Positions 29,874-44,738 are shown, counted from the stretch's first letter. The stretch: DNA of 64,000 bases from Eledone cirrhosa (GCA_964016885.1 OZ024740.1:241118001-241182000); one strand, 5' to 3'. Made by a program: numbers and translations. Notes: a model not told the origin generated them from the letters alone.

Positions 29874-30378
29874 TAAAGATTTCTAAGCAGCAGAAAAATA
29901 TGTCTACTTTCACTGTCCAAATTGTTTATACATGTTAGAAATAAAACAAAATCATTGCAATCTCTGGTGATTGAGATACCAGAAATGTGTTCCTTTTACT
30001 AGGAAATGAAAGACATTGATTAGTAGGGATGGAAATAATCCAGGCAATCAATATCAAATTTCATGGATTTTGTTTATTAAAGAATTCATTCATTGAAACG
30101 GGTTTTAATTTACATGCTTACTTTGCTTGTCAAGTTAATTCCACGCTTAAGTAGTTGCAATTGTATAACTTTGGATTGGTTAAATGACTGAATAGCAGAT
30201 GGAATCATTTTTAGCAGCAAAATAAGCACGCACAAAAAAAGCCTAGTTATATACACTCTGTACATTTCATATTACTTGAGATAACATTTAGGAAGTAAAA
30301 CAACATAAAATATGATTTATAAAATCAGGCTGATAGAAATCATTCTAATATAGATTTAAATTTTATTTATAATTTTAA

Positions 30379-30478
<100 letters not shown>

Positions 30479-30675
30479 GACGTAAAATAAGAAAATTTTA
30501 AAAATTAGTAAGTAAGTTGATTTTTAATTTTTAAAATTTTCTTATTTTACGTCTTTCATATAATTGTTCTGCATCCCCCTGCAGAGAACCACAAAGCTAC
30601 TAAGAGATAACATATATATTTGCTAGCATAGGTGAACATCTGTACACATATGTTGGTAAATGTACTAATTCTCTC

Positions 30676-30796
<121 letters not shown>

Positions 30797-30867
30797 ATAC
30801 TTTGGGAGGGTCATGCTGCCAATAAAAACACGCGTACCTGTTGGTTTTCACTTCAATTTATTATAAA

Positions 30868-31845
30868 CTAGCAGCAGTAGCCAGCGTTGCCTGGGTAGGT
30901 AAAATAATATCTGCTTTGATGAAAAGGTGTTCATCTTAGCGACTGCTTCTCGATGACTCATCTATGGCCACACGCAGACCATGCGGAGGGAGGGTGGTGA
31001 TGACATCTATCACTGAGAAACGTGGGTGACTGACGAAGGGGCATGCTGGGGGAGGGAGGTAATGACCTCTAAAACTAAGCCAAATTTCCTCACGCGACTT
31101 CATTGGAAACCGTGGAATTCTCAAATACACAACAAAAGCTCAGACGACGTCAGTGGCCATCGTTTTGCCTTTGACCATCTATAAGATGTACAATTATAAG
31201 TTCTATCGTAGTATAAAAGTTGAACCAAATAAATTGATTTATGTGTGAGGTGGAGCCGAAGCTTCGAATTTGAACGAAATCGGTTGAAAAATGTGGGAGC
31301 TAGAGACGAAAAGGCGGAAATTTGAGCGAAAAGGTGGTATTTTTGAATATTTAAGCGGCTGCCACGCCATTCCTGAACAAAAAATCCAAAATGTAAAGCC
31401 ACTTTAAGACGTGAAATAATCAGATCTAGCGCAGTGTAAAATTTGAACAAAGTAGGTTGATTAATGTGGGAGCTAGAGCCGAAAAAGTGGAAATTTGAAT
31501 CTAAAAGTGGTATTTTTGAATATTTAAGCGGCTGCCACGCCATCTCGGAACAACAAATGCAAAATATAAAGCCATTACAGGATGTGCAATGATAAATTCT
31601 ATTTTGCTTTAAAATTTGAGCCAAAAATCTTATTTTTCGATACCTAAAAAAAGGTGATCCCCCCTATCGATTTTTATCTGCTGAATGACCTCGGAATAAA
31701 AAAACGATACGCTGATATATAGAAAACACTCCCCGATGACTAATTTATGAGCCTGTAAAGTTTCATGAAAATCGGTCGTAAGATGTAGGCCCCTATAGGT
31801 AATACACAGACACACAGACACACATACTTAATTTGATATATATAC
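30868..31845 (-). mobile_element. Non-autonomous Helitron-like element
   Basis: CTAG plus ccaggcaacgctgg hairpin at the 3' end; ~180-bp internal duplication; typical 5' region. Confidence 0.7.
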
Positions 31846-31849
31846 AGAT

Positions 31850-32660
31850 GTCCGGTTGGCTGGTTGGTTCGATAACCGGATGGTTTTTTATATTTCGTCA
31901 CACATTCTGTGACCTCCTCAGTGACTGGGCTTTTATTTTATGTCCCTCTTTTGTTCTGTCCTACACCATATTGTTTTTGTGTTGTGTGCTGTTTGCTTAG
32001 TTTGCGCATGCGTTACATTAGGGTGGGTGTGTGCGTTTGTATTTATTTATTTATGTGTTTATTTACTTGTCACTAGTTGTTTGTTTGTTTTATCTGTGTG
32101 TGTCTGATTTCTTTTGTTAGTTTGGTTCTTGCGTGTGTCTCTGTCTTCATTTTGTCCTGAATTACTAGTTGTGATGTTACTATTCCGCTCATGTTTTCTA
32201 TTTATTTTGGTTGGAGTTCATTTATGTTTGTTGCCTCTGTGATTTGTCTGAGCATTGCATCTTTTCTGTGTGTGGATATACTTTTTATCTCTATGTTCTC
32301 TAATGTGCCCCTATATTCTATCTTGGCATGTTGGTGGAGTTTTTCCCATCCTGGAATTCTCGCCAGTTTTTATTTCTCCTTTCTCCTATGCTATGGGCTG
32401 CTTCACCTATGTATGTTATGTTCTTATTCCTACATTGGGTCTCAGTACATCTTATTCTGTATACTACGTTCCTAGTTTTGCAGTTAGTTTGCGGGCTTAG
32501 CTTGCAGACTATGCATTTCCTATCAGTGCAGGAGGTTCTTTGAAATAGTATAGTAACGTACTGTGTTTTTATTGGCATCATGACCCTCCCAAAGTATAAC
32601 AATATCTGTTTCAACGCATGTTTTCAGATAAGAAATCTTGCAACACAAATTCAAAGACTA
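31850..32660 (-). mobile_element. Penelope-like element 3' fragment (GIY-YIG + terminal repeat)
   Basis: NVVYRIRC...CRNKNITYIGE...SIGER; homologous to 55650-56457. Confidence 0.85.
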
Positions 32661-32757
32661 TAATATATATATATGTATGTATATATATATACATATATAT
32701 ATGTATATATGCATACACATACATACATGCATACACACACACACGCACACACACATA

Positions 32758-32793
<36 letters not shown>

Positions 32794-32832
32794 AAGTATG
32801 TACGTCAATACTCATCTTTTTCCATTTCTAAC

Positions 32833-32914
<82 letters not shown>

Positions 32915-33644
32915 ATATATATGTATAAATATGTGTATATATATATATATAATATATGTGTATATATATATAATATCATTTTTAACATTCACGTGACCTC
33001 TACCGACCAATCAAAATTGTTTTGACCACAAGAATTTTTGTAACACAAATTGGCGCGAAACTCATTTTAATACCTCTGGAGCCACTTTTTTCACATAAAA
33101 CAGGTAGAATTTCCAAAACTAATCAGATTAGAGCAAACGTCACGGGCGCTCTATCTCAAAATTATTTTCGAAAAGCATTAGAAATGCGCAACCGGTAAAA
33201 ACTTAAAACTAAAACTGAATACTAACCAATACTTATTACTAATTTTTACTTATTCCTAATTAAACTATTTTTCACTGGGAACAATTTGTCAGCATTTTAT
33301 TTTCCTTTTACCAATATATATATATATATACATATAAATATATATGTGTGTGTGTGTATTAGAAATAGAAGCTTTCGCCGTATTTTTAGACTAAAGAGAA
33401 CGAAGGACAACCTTTCTAAATATGTATGTAAAAACTAATAATTTTTCTTCCCCATTTTATTACTATGCGTATAAATAAGCAATCTAACTGCACTTCGCGC
33501 ATCCGCCGTTGAAAAAGCATATAATACTTAAACCGGTACCACTATTAAATGCGGAAATACCCACTTTAAAAATAGATGCTTTGATATAATACTGAAAAAA
33601 ATCCCTCCAGCATTTTCTACTGAATGTTTTCCTTTTTACTATTT

Positions 33645-33683
<39 letters not shown>

Positions 33684-33688
<5 letters not shown>

Positions 33689-34868
33689 GACGTAAAATAA
33701 GAAAATTATAAAAATTAACTTACTTACTAAAATTTCACTCCAACTAATTAGTTTCTGAAAGGGAATAAACATGGTTTCCGAATGGAACGACATGGAGAAA
33801 TCCTTTCGTCATCAGGGAAGTCTATTCTCAGCTAAGTTCCCAGGCAATGCGTGGACACAGGGAACTTATACAAAAATAATTCAGTGGATGGAAAAAAGCA
33901 AAGCGTGGACTAAGTTCCAAGACATTGAAAAAATCACTGCCTACTTGGTCGGTGGCAAATTCAAAAGAATCAATCATGTGACATCGAGGTTAATCAGTGA
34001 GGAGGGGAGTGTTAAGAAGACAGCAGCCGAACCATGTTCCCTGTGTCCACGCATTGCCTGGGAACTTAGCTAAGAATAGACTTCCCTGATGACGAAAGGA
34101 TTTCTCCATGTTGTTCCATTCGGAAACCATGTTTATTCCCTTTCAGAAACTAATTAGTTGGAGTGAAATTTTAGTAAGTAAGTTAATTTTTATAATTTTC
34201 TTATTTTACGTCTTTCATATTATTGTTCTGCATCCGCTTGCATTGAACCACAAAGTTACTAAGACAAAACCTATATATTTGCTAGCATAGGTATGAATCT
34301 GTATATATATGTTGGTAGATATACTAATTCTTTATAATTATCTCCAAATTATTTTGTTGAGTAAAAATTTGCCAAAACTGCTGCTATAGTTCATAGTAAT
34401 GGTTCGGCTGCTGTCTCCTTAACACCCCACTCCTCACTGATTAACCTCGATGTCACGTGATTGATTCTTTTGAATTTGCCACCGACCAAGTAGGCAGTGA
34501 TTTTTTTCAGTGTCTTGGAATTTAGTTCCCGCTTGCTTTTTTCCATCCACTGAATTATTTTTGTATAAGTTCCCTGTGTCCACGCATTGCCTGGGAACTT
34601 AGCTGAGAATAGACTTCCCTGATGAGGAAAGGATTTCTCCATGTTGTTCCATTCGGAAACCATGGTTATTCCCTTTCAGAAACTAATTAGTTGGAGTGAA
34701 ATTTTAGTAAGTAAGTTAATTTTTATAATTTTCTTATTTTACGTCTTTCATATAATTGTTCTGCATCCCCTTGCATTGAACCACAAAGTTACTTAGACAA
34801 AACCTATATATTTGCTAGAATAGGTATGCATCTGTATATATATGTTGCTAGATATACTAATTCTTTAT
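33684..34868. mobile_element. PLE-type pseudo-LTR cluster with inverted and direct copies; family also at 30473-30670 and 41220-41650
   Basis: 33684-33865 is the reverse complement of 34036-34220; 34391-34750 is the reverse complement of 33684-34035. Degenerate CTGATGA..GAAACCATGGT motif; (TA)n flanks. Confidence 0.75.
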
Positions 34869-34973
34869 ATATATATATATATATTTATTAAAATAACAGA
34901 TTAAAGTTTATGCAAAGGATATATTTATCCTCATCGAGCCCTCTTTGCATTTAATTTTCAAATTTATTATTAT

Positions 34974-35023
<50 letters not shown>

Positions 35024-35495
35024 GCCATGCTGGAAGATATTGGGGGCTGTCTGCAAACAATACAACAGTCTTTTTGCGGACAATTCCCAAGTCAAATTTT
35101 CAATTGTCACTTTTCTACTTTTCAACTTGCTATTCTCTCTTCCCTATCTTCTACAATAAGTATGTGTTCTACCTACCCCTGTTTAGTAATTATGTCAAAG
35201 TTATCTAATGAGATCGTTCTGTCTTGCATCATAAGTGGATAATGGAGCTGGGCCATTGAAATATGTATAATGATTTCACGGAATTATCATTTACAGCATA
35301 TCTTCCAGTATGACCATTTGTTGTCGTTTTAAATACTTTACTCCGTTTCTTGCGGCGCCAACCACTGGTTACCACATCTACGATGGGCAACGTCCATGAG
35401 GTCGAATGCTATATTAATTCGTTACATTCGTTACATCATGATTTGCCTACCAGAACCACCGGTTCTACACTTTCCTGATGAAAATAACTTAAATC

Positions 35496-35580
<85 letters not shown>

Positions 35581-36163
35581 TATATGAAAATTAAGCAGCA
35601 ACATGTGCTTACGACGTATTTGACTACATAGAATTAGTCTTTTAGTTGGGAATTTAAAAAAATCCCTCTGAATGGAAAAAAAGGATGAGTATCGACGTAC
35701 ATGGGACACGAACACATATCTTTGGTTTGTGACCATTACACGAACACGCCACCCATGCTGCCTTCCATTCAATTAGAAGCTATATAATCATAGCAGGTAT
35801 ATATATATATAGATTTACATATACATAAACTAGACAGAGCCATAGATATATATATGTGTTTTTGGCAACCATTCATGGTTTGGCTCAATGACGAATTAAT
35901 TAATTAAATAATCAACAATCAGAGCAATATACAAGAAAGTAGTCCATAGAATCATTTGATAAAATATATACAGTATTTCCTCTCCCATTCAGCATAATCA
36001 ACCACACAAAAGATCAATTAAACAAGGCTATAAGATTAAAAGGCACCTATGAAGAAACAATAAATAAATAAACGATAGCTATTTTATTCGTGGCGATCAA
36101 CAGCCACAGAATATTTACACAGTATTTCTAATAGCCCGTGGAAATCGATTGGACGTACTTTCT

Positions 36164-36221
<58 letters not shown>

Positions 36222-36334
36222 AACGAGTAGCACCCCGGGCGTCCTACTCATTCCTATTACCCACTCTACTACCCTAAGTATTGAGTACTTTGGTGCGTTA
36301 TGGTCCACCTGGTTCCTTACCACATTTCCTTCGT

Positions 36335-36369
<35 letters not shown>

Positions 36370-37016
36370 GATCGAGTATCGAAAAATCGGCGCACGAGTT
36401 CACGATAAACGAGATTCGATATGAGCGGCAGAGGGCTCAATAATTCAGATGAATCAGAGCTATAACTATCGTTAAAATACCGTCACATATAGAACAAGTC
36501 TACAATCAACCATACGATTTAAAATCGATAGAGGAAGATTCGGGACAAACAGATAAAAAATATCAATAAAACAATACGTCAATAATTTAAATGAATGTAA
36601 AATCATACCCGGACCCACTAGACAGGTGTTAAATCTAGCTTCATGGGTTTCTGTAAATCCTTAGACTGTACTCTATCAGCTCACATATAAATATAAAAGC
36701 CTACTAGAGTAAGCGGAACGGAGGTTTACTTTCTCAACGAGTTTTTTCCTGGCGGCAGAGGAGCCAACTACCAGTGAAAAACGCACATGGCATTAGACAA
36801 GGGAGGTGACCCCTATATCCGCGAAAACAATTCGAGTGAATGTGGAAATACACATATCGAATTAGAGTGCTCAATAGACATGTTAAAATAAAACAAAAGC
36901 TATTCATCACTCAATAGAATCGACAAAAAATGAGCAATAAAATTAACTGGTGGATAGCTATGTCCAGAGCTAAATATATTAGAAAGATCGAGTATCGAAA
37001 AATCGGCGCACGAGTT

Positions 37017-37505
<489 letters not shown>

Positions 37506-37509
37506 TATT

Positions 37510-37840
37510 TCGTTTCTGAATTTGTTTAGCAAGATTCTTTATCTGAAAACGAGTGTTGAAACCGATATTGTTATACTTTGGGAGGGTCATGTTGCCAATA
37601 AGAAACACACGCACCAGTTGCTTTCACTCCAATTTATTATAAATTAAATTTATAAATTTAAGAATTCATAAATTTCCGGTTGGTTGGTTCCACAACCTTC
37701 CGGTTGTGGAACCAGCCAACCAGCCAACCGGAAATTCATAAATTCTTAAATTTATAAATTTAATTTATAATAAATTGGAGTGAAAGCAACTGGTGTGTGT
37801 TTCTTATTGGCAACATGACTCTCCCAAAGTATAACAACAT
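37510..37840. repeat. Palindromic solo terminal repeat of the GIY-YIG PLE family
   Basis: Arms ~37567-37697 and ~37702-37838 are inverted; the sequence matches 56262-56457. Confidence 0.82.
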
Positions 37841-37913
37841 GTATATATATATATATACATATATATATACACACACACACATATATATATATAAATCTGC
37901 TATGATTATAGAG

Positions 37914-37955
<42 letters not shown>

Positions 37956-38156
37956 TTTATATGTAATAATCTCCCGTTAGGTTGAGTTACAATTTTGGCT
38001 GTATTGGGCTGCGCTTTCTAGCAAAAGGCCACCAGCCGTAAGCAACTAATCACATTCTTTCTAACTTGACCGCTGCTACGTCACAATTCTTAGCCATTTT
38101 TGAATGTCTTCTTGGCGCGATCACTTTGGAAAATTAATTGTCTAAATTTGAGCTAA

Positions 38157-38230
38157 CTCCTGAAGAGTCCGGTGCTCCAGATGTCCAATGTTATCGGATA
38201 TCTTAAAATGCGGACGGAACCATGGTAGAG
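38157..38230 (+). ncRNA. Hammerhead motif with one core substitution (GAAA>GGAA)
   Basis: ctc-CTGAAGA-gtccg...cggac-GGAA-ccatgg-TA-gag; stems I and II pair and stem III is palindromic. Confidence 0.6.
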
Positions 38231-38508
38231 GTAACTAAATATGTTCACTTTTCTCCTAGTTTATTTTACACCTAATTCTGTTTAGTTAACTGTATATCTG
38301 GTCGATTTATACACGCTGTCGAAATACTCAATAAATACTCCGTCGCAACCGCCACGAAGGGCTGCTTTCGGTTATTTGTCGGAGATTTCTTCATAGAAGC
38401 CTTTATTCTTATAGCTTGGTCTAATCGATTTTTTATATGGTTAATTATGCTAATTGGGAGAGGAAACGGTATATATTTTATCTGGTGATTCCATAGACAT
38501 GTTTTATG

Positions 38509-38576
<68 letters not shown>

Positions 38577-38663
38577 CTGATGGTAGCTAAGATGCTTCCA
38601 TAGGCGGTATACCGGTTGAGCACTCTATTCTCTTACAGAGCGGAGTATGATATAATATAAAAG

Positions 38664-40584
38664 GAAAAATCAGTGATGCATCAGAACTCAATTTATTGTG
38701 TGTTAAAATTGTTTCGCCGGCGGACAGCTCGAGGCACGATCATTGTGTGCATCTGTCTGATTCTTGATCCGCAGGTTTGACGGACACGTCTAATGATTTC
38801 GGAGCAAATTCTTTCAAGGACCGGAGTAAGAGGCATACTACTAGGCTGGCGGACCTGGTGTGGGACTTGAAAGACAAAGGCACCCCGTATACCCTTGACT
38901 GGAGTATCGTTCGGCATGCGAATGCATACTCGGCTGGAAATAGAAAGTGTAGGCTATGCCTATCCGACGCCATGGAGATAGTCAGACTGAAGGATGATGC
39001 TGTCAACCTGAAATCGGAAATAATCATGACGTGCAGACATCAGAGAGGGCGCACACTCTTCGCATACATGCTTAGAATACAGCACGTTAAACCATGTAAC
39101 GGCCTTAGATCTTGTTTTGTTCTTTCGTGTGTGTGTAGTAGCGTGAATGTGTTTTGGGTTTGGTGTCCGTCTCGTGTTTTGCCCGCCCTTTTTTTCGTCC
39201 CCTATGTTGCCTCTATCTATATGCCTACTGTGGGCGTCAGGGTTACGCCTTTCGCTTACTAAGGTATTCCGTTTTGTATTGTCGGCTCTATTGTTAGTCT
39301 CGTTACTGTTATGTGGTGCTGATGTTGGGGCTATACCATTGATACGGGGTCGGGTGTTCCCTCTACTGGGTTCCACGGCCGTACATGTCCTTACCCTGTC
39401 ACTAGTTCTAGTTTCGGCGACGCATGTGGTGTGCATGCCGGGTTTTTGTCTACGTGTACTGGCTGGTCTGTCGCCCGTGTGTGTCCTCGTCTGTCCTATT
39501 GTCAGTCCTGCGTCCTTATGGTGATCTATGCTGCTACTCGAGTTCTTGGAAGCTAGTTCCGGGTCATTCCGTCTACCTATGGAAGTGTTACTGCTATTGC
39601 CGTATCCGCATGCCTCGGCGCTTGGCTTTTCTCTGTCTGTGGTGTACACTATGCTTTCTGTGTAACCGGCCCTGCGCAGTGTCTCATTATAATAGTCGGC
39701 GTGCTGGTTGAACACGTCTGCGTTGGCCAACAGGGTGGATACGCGTTTTGATACCCCTTTAACTATTGCTTCTATGACTGACTTGGGGTGGTTCGATTTC
39801 CTGTTCACATATTGCAGGTTCTCATTGGGCTTGTGATAAGGTCGATGAATGCCCGTATTCATTTCCAGGGTAACGTCCAGGAAATTCACCGTCTTAGTGC
39901 TAGGATCTATCATCATGGATAAGCCGTGTTGCTTAAAAAAAGTGCGATATGCGCTTTCTCATACGCTCCAGCTGGCTAGGGTTTAGGGAACGGAAGGTAA
40001 AAAGTGCGTCGTCTCTGTATATTCCTCCGCCGATCCCTGTGATCTCCTCCGCTAATCTTTGGAGGAGATAGATCCCCGCCAGATCTGTCACCTGCTCAGA
40101 GTCGCTCGACCCCATAGTAACATCGAAACTGTCGGGTCTGTCCCTCCTCTCCCATAACTTGTCTTCGAAGCTAATTAGCGTCTTTCTTGCTACTATTAAG
40201 TGGCTTGCCTCCTTCCTAGTGAGGTTGGACTTGGCCATAGTGCTCATGAGGGCCTTGTTCACTATTACAGGTGATACTGATGCGTATTAATTCGCTATGA
40301 CTAATTGAATAAAATTTAAAATGGTCAGGCGAGCGATACATGTTGGTCAAAATTATGGTGACGTAGCCAACCAGCGGGTAATAACAAGACGCGCGAAGAG
40401 GATGAAGTTTTTTGACGCTAACACCCCAGTGAAAGAATTTGCTCCGAAATCATTAGACGTGTCCGTCGAACCTGCGGATCCAGAATCAGACAGATCTACA
40501 CAATGATCGTGTCTCGAGCTGTCCGCGCCGGCAAAACAATTGTAACACACAATAAATTGAGTTCAGATGCATCACTGATTTTTC

Positions 40585-40590
<6 letters not shown>
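38664..40590. mobile_element. Rearranged Naiad-like Penelope element: endonuclease tail on +, RT/thumb on -, inverted ~150-bp terminal repeats
   Basis: RT FDVTMGS...GIYLL...GIYRDD and VNFLDVTL...YHKPNE..YVNRKSNHP...WFN on minus. T.L...VW.LK...W.I...Y....CRLCL...NLKSE...CRH on plus. 38664-38813 is inverted relative to 40431-40584. Confidence 0.85.
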
Positions 40591-40682
<92 letters not shown>

Positions 40683-41646
40683 TATTGAAGTTTCCGTTGA
40701 AAATTGAAAAAGTCATAGGAGTGAAGAGTGCTCTATGTAAGTACCAGAGCAAAATTTAATGTATAATAAACAATACAATATAATTACCTCATTACCAGAG
40801 GTTTCCCGAATACGACGAATACGAAAAACGTCCTCATTCGTTCGTCGGACAAGGCAATTTAAAACATAGTGAAATATTTGAAAAGTCTCCTCAAGAAATT
40901 CAAAAAATATATTAATAAAAGTAATGCAAGAGATATATAAAAAAATAAGGAAATATAGTTAGGGTATGTGTATATGTATGTATATACACTCACAAATGTA
41001 CATATGTGTGTATGTACAAATGCATGTGTATGGTGAAAATGTGTGCATAAGTACATATATGAGGGTAAGTATATTTGTGTATATGTGACCACAAATACGT
41101 ATATAATATGAGTTGAAAAAGAAATTGTATGATAATATAGTTGGCACGTATCCATATATATATATACATATAAAGAATTAGTATATCTACCAACATATAT
41201 ATATACAGATGTATACCTATGCAAGCAAATATATAGGTTTTGTCTTATTAACTTTGTGGTTCAATGCAAGGGGATGCAGATCAACAAAATTACTACTATA
41301 GTTCATAGTAACAGTTTGGCTACTGTCTTTTTAACACCCCACTCCTCACTGATTAACCTCGATGTCACGTGATTGATTCTTTTGAATTTGCCACCGAACA
41401 AGAAGGCAGTGATTTTTTTCAGTGTCTTGGAATTTAGTCCCCGCTTGCTCTTTTCCATCCACTGAATATTTTTGTATAAGTTCCCTGTGTCCGCTCATCG
41501 CCAGGTATCTTAGCTGAGAATGACTCCCTGATGACGAAAAGGTTTCTCAATGATCTCCATGTATATTCCTTTTCAGAAACTAATTAGTTGGAGTGAAATT
41601 TAAGTAAGTAAGCTAATTACTATAATTTTCTTATTTTACGTTTTTC

Positions 41647-41717
<71 letters not shown>

Positions 41718-42025
41718 GGTAAACATTGATGCAATTCAATTCAAGCACTCAACGTACATTTTCCACATAGGAGTGACGGAGTAAATATCGAATAAGGAAA
41801 AGCGAAGTAGTTTCAGATGTTCAAGTCCTTTAATAATAATTGTTTCTACTTTTGGCACAAGGCCAGCAATTATCCAGTGCATTACTGGTACTTTATTTTA
41901 TCGACCCCGTAAGGATGAAAGGCAAAGTTAACCTCGGCGGGATTTGAACTCAAACCATAAAGGGGCGTAACTCTTTGCTGCAAAGCATAGCGTCAGACCC
42001 TCTACCGATACTGCCAATCCACAAT

Positions 42026-42099
42026 GCTGTGATATATATTTCAATGGCGACACTGACCACACTGTTCTGTGTGCGAGTGTCGTGACATCATCAGACAGC
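42026..42099 (-). ncRNA. Type I hammerhead ribozyme (host-gene strand)
   Basis: gctgt-CTGATGA-long stem II-GAAA-tatata-TC-acagc; 5-bp stem I and palindromic stem III. Confidence 0.75.
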
Positions 42100-42973
42100 T
42101 TGTTACGTAATCGCATTTGAACAGAAGCCCCCCTCAATTCAATCTATGCAAGGACAGATTGACAATCATATGAATCATTTTGCATATATGTACTCTGTGT
42201 TTTTGCATTTTTTCTTCTATGTCTGTTTTTCTTTGGTATTGTTCCATGTGATGGAAATTCTGATTGTACCAGATTGACTAATGCCTTGAATGCTGTAGCT
42301 TACCCTCCGTTCTAATGTACGGCACTGTCGTTCAATATGTGGATAGAGTAACTGTGACACTAGAACCCCCTCAGAATTTCTTACTTAAACATCTCTCTCC
42401 ATATTATTTACTCACTTCAATCTATATTTTTTTACTCACCTCAATCCGAATTCTCATTTGAAAACAATTTCTAACTTTTAATTACTAATTGTTAATTTTT
42501 TCATTGTTTAATTTATAATTTCTGATACTTGATTTAGGACTTTAATTTTATTTCCAACTCTCACTCTTAACTTACAATGTAAAACCATGATACTTAGAAT
42601 TAAGTTTATTTTCCCTTTGAGTTGATGGTCAGTCGTACTGTCCACGCTAGGTGAGAGGTAGTATTATGACCTGTAAAAACTAACACTCTCCCATCCCCTC
42701 TGGCTTTCGACTGACTACCACAGTTGAGATGGGTAGCAGTAAACTATGGTACGGGCCATTGTGTCACTGAGAGGGTGAACTGACTAAGCGAATTTCGTTG
42801 AAATCTGCGGTAGCTAATGGTCAACTTCCTTCGGACATGCGCACGCGCAGACCGGTGGGGGTGAATTGGTACTCACATGGGAACGGGTGATAAACCCAAA
42901 AGCACGCATTTCATCCGTTCCCATGTCGATTCAATTTGGATTGCCTCGGAAACATAACCTTATTATGTAACAA

Positions 42974-43047
42974 GCTGTCTGATGATGTCACGACACTCGC
43001 ACACAGAACAGTGTGGCCAGTGTCGCCATTGAAATATATATCACAGC
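42974..43047 (+). ncRNA. Type I hammerhead ribozyme
   Basis: gctgtCTGATGAtgtcacgacac...gtgtcgccattGAAAtatataTCacagc. Confidence 0.75.
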
Positions 43048-44297
43048 ATTATTATTAAAGGACTTGAACATCTGAAACTACTTCGCTTTTCCTTATTCGA
43101 TATTTACTCCGTCACTCCTATGTGGAAAAAGTACGTTGAGTGCTTGAATTGATTTGCATCAATATTTACCCTAATAACTTAGCTCCAATTAGTTGAGCGC
43201 TTTACGATGTAACCGATATGGTGGAGAAGAGAGGAACCAACCATGAGCTACCCCGGAACTTCTATTAAGAATTGTTTCGCGAAATCTAAAGATAGCAATG
43301 GTGTTACATTGCTGTAACGGTTGGAATTTAAAAATAAGAAGGGAGTTAATAACATGAGGGAGGTAACTTAGGAAATATAAAAAAATTTCAATAGATAAAA
43401 ACCTTATGTTATTTAAATCATTATGCAATTAATCATTTATTAATTAATAATGTTATTATTAATTTTAACATTCTGTATGTAATAAGCTTGATATATTCAC
43501 TTTCTGTCTTACCTTATGTATGCTTTTATTAATATTCTGTACATTTTGCTCCATATACCCTTACTATAACACCTTTCGATACTATGATATCTTTTTACTG
43601 TAATATGTATTTGCTTGATATCTTTTTGCACTCGTATTAACTTTATGCATAACTTTCTCTATAATATGCTTATTATAACCGCTTTACAACAGCTCCCAAT
43701 ATTTTGCTATCTGTTCACTATAATTGTTTCTACTTTTGGCACAAGGCCAGCAATTACCCAGTAGATTACTGGTACTTTATTTTATCGACCCCATAATGAT
43801 GAAAGGCAAAGTTAACCTCGGGGGAATTTGTACTCAGAATGGCAAGGGCCGTAACTCTATACGTCAAAGCATGGTGTCCAACACACCACCGATACTGCCA
43901 ATCCACTGCCCTAAATCTTTTCACTATAATATCATTTTGTTACTATTGCTTTTCAATATGATGTCATTGACACTGTTCATAATATTGTATCTTAATGAAT
44001 GTTCTAGAGACTAGGATTGTAATTACTTGTTTAAACATTGTGTAATCTCCGATAAATCCAGACAGTTGTCTGGAAGAAACGATCGTTCGGCAATTCCATA
44101 TTTATAATTATATATAACTCATATATAAGTATAAATACTATTATTTTCCAGCATAGTTACGTCCCTTTACGATCTGAGTTCAAATCCCGCCGAGGTTGAC
44201 TTTGCCTTTCATCCTTACGGGGTCGATAAAATAAAGTACCAGTAATGCACTGGGTAATTGCTGGCCTTGTGCCTAAAGTAGAAACAATTATTATTAG

Positions 44298-44328
<31 letters not shown>

Positions 44329-44459
44329 GTGAGGTTTTTTTTACAAAATGAAAATTAACCGAGGTGTCCTACACGAGTGAAAGTATAAAGAAAAAGAGAT
44401 GAAATCGAAAATGCAACTGGTGTCTTATTTTTTAAAAAAAAATATATATTTATTTGGTC

Positions 44460-44497
44460 CCTTTACCGGTTTCGCAGTTCTTCTGCTTTTCAAAAGG
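44460..44497 (-). ncRNA. Minimal hammerhead, U3:A8 core variant
   Basis: cctt-TTGAAAA-gcag aagaa ctgc-GAAA-ccgg-TA-aagg. Confidence 0.55.
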
Positions 44498-44579
44498 TGA
44501 GTTGAGATGGAGGGTCTGTGGTTTTTCTCACATCTGTGAGAATAATAATAGTATATATACTTATATATGAGTTATATAC

Positions 44580-44618
<39 letters not shown>

Positions 44619-44676
44619 CCGGTTTCACAGTTCTTATGCTTTTCAAAAGTAAAATTGAGATGGAGGGTTTGTGTGT

Positions 44677-44738
<62 letters not shown>

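Larger units (their letters stand above)
41713..43176. mobile_element. Non-coding element with ~215-bp inverted arms, each carrying a hammerhead; left arm split by a SINE
   Basis: 41713-41837 plus 42023-42110 is the reverse complement of 42962-43176. Confidence 0.82.

Noticed and set aside
38777-39075. Possible selenocysteine recoding, known in some Naiad elements
   Set aside because: The conserved Cys codons visible here (CRLC, CRH) are TGT/TGC, with no in-frame TGA.
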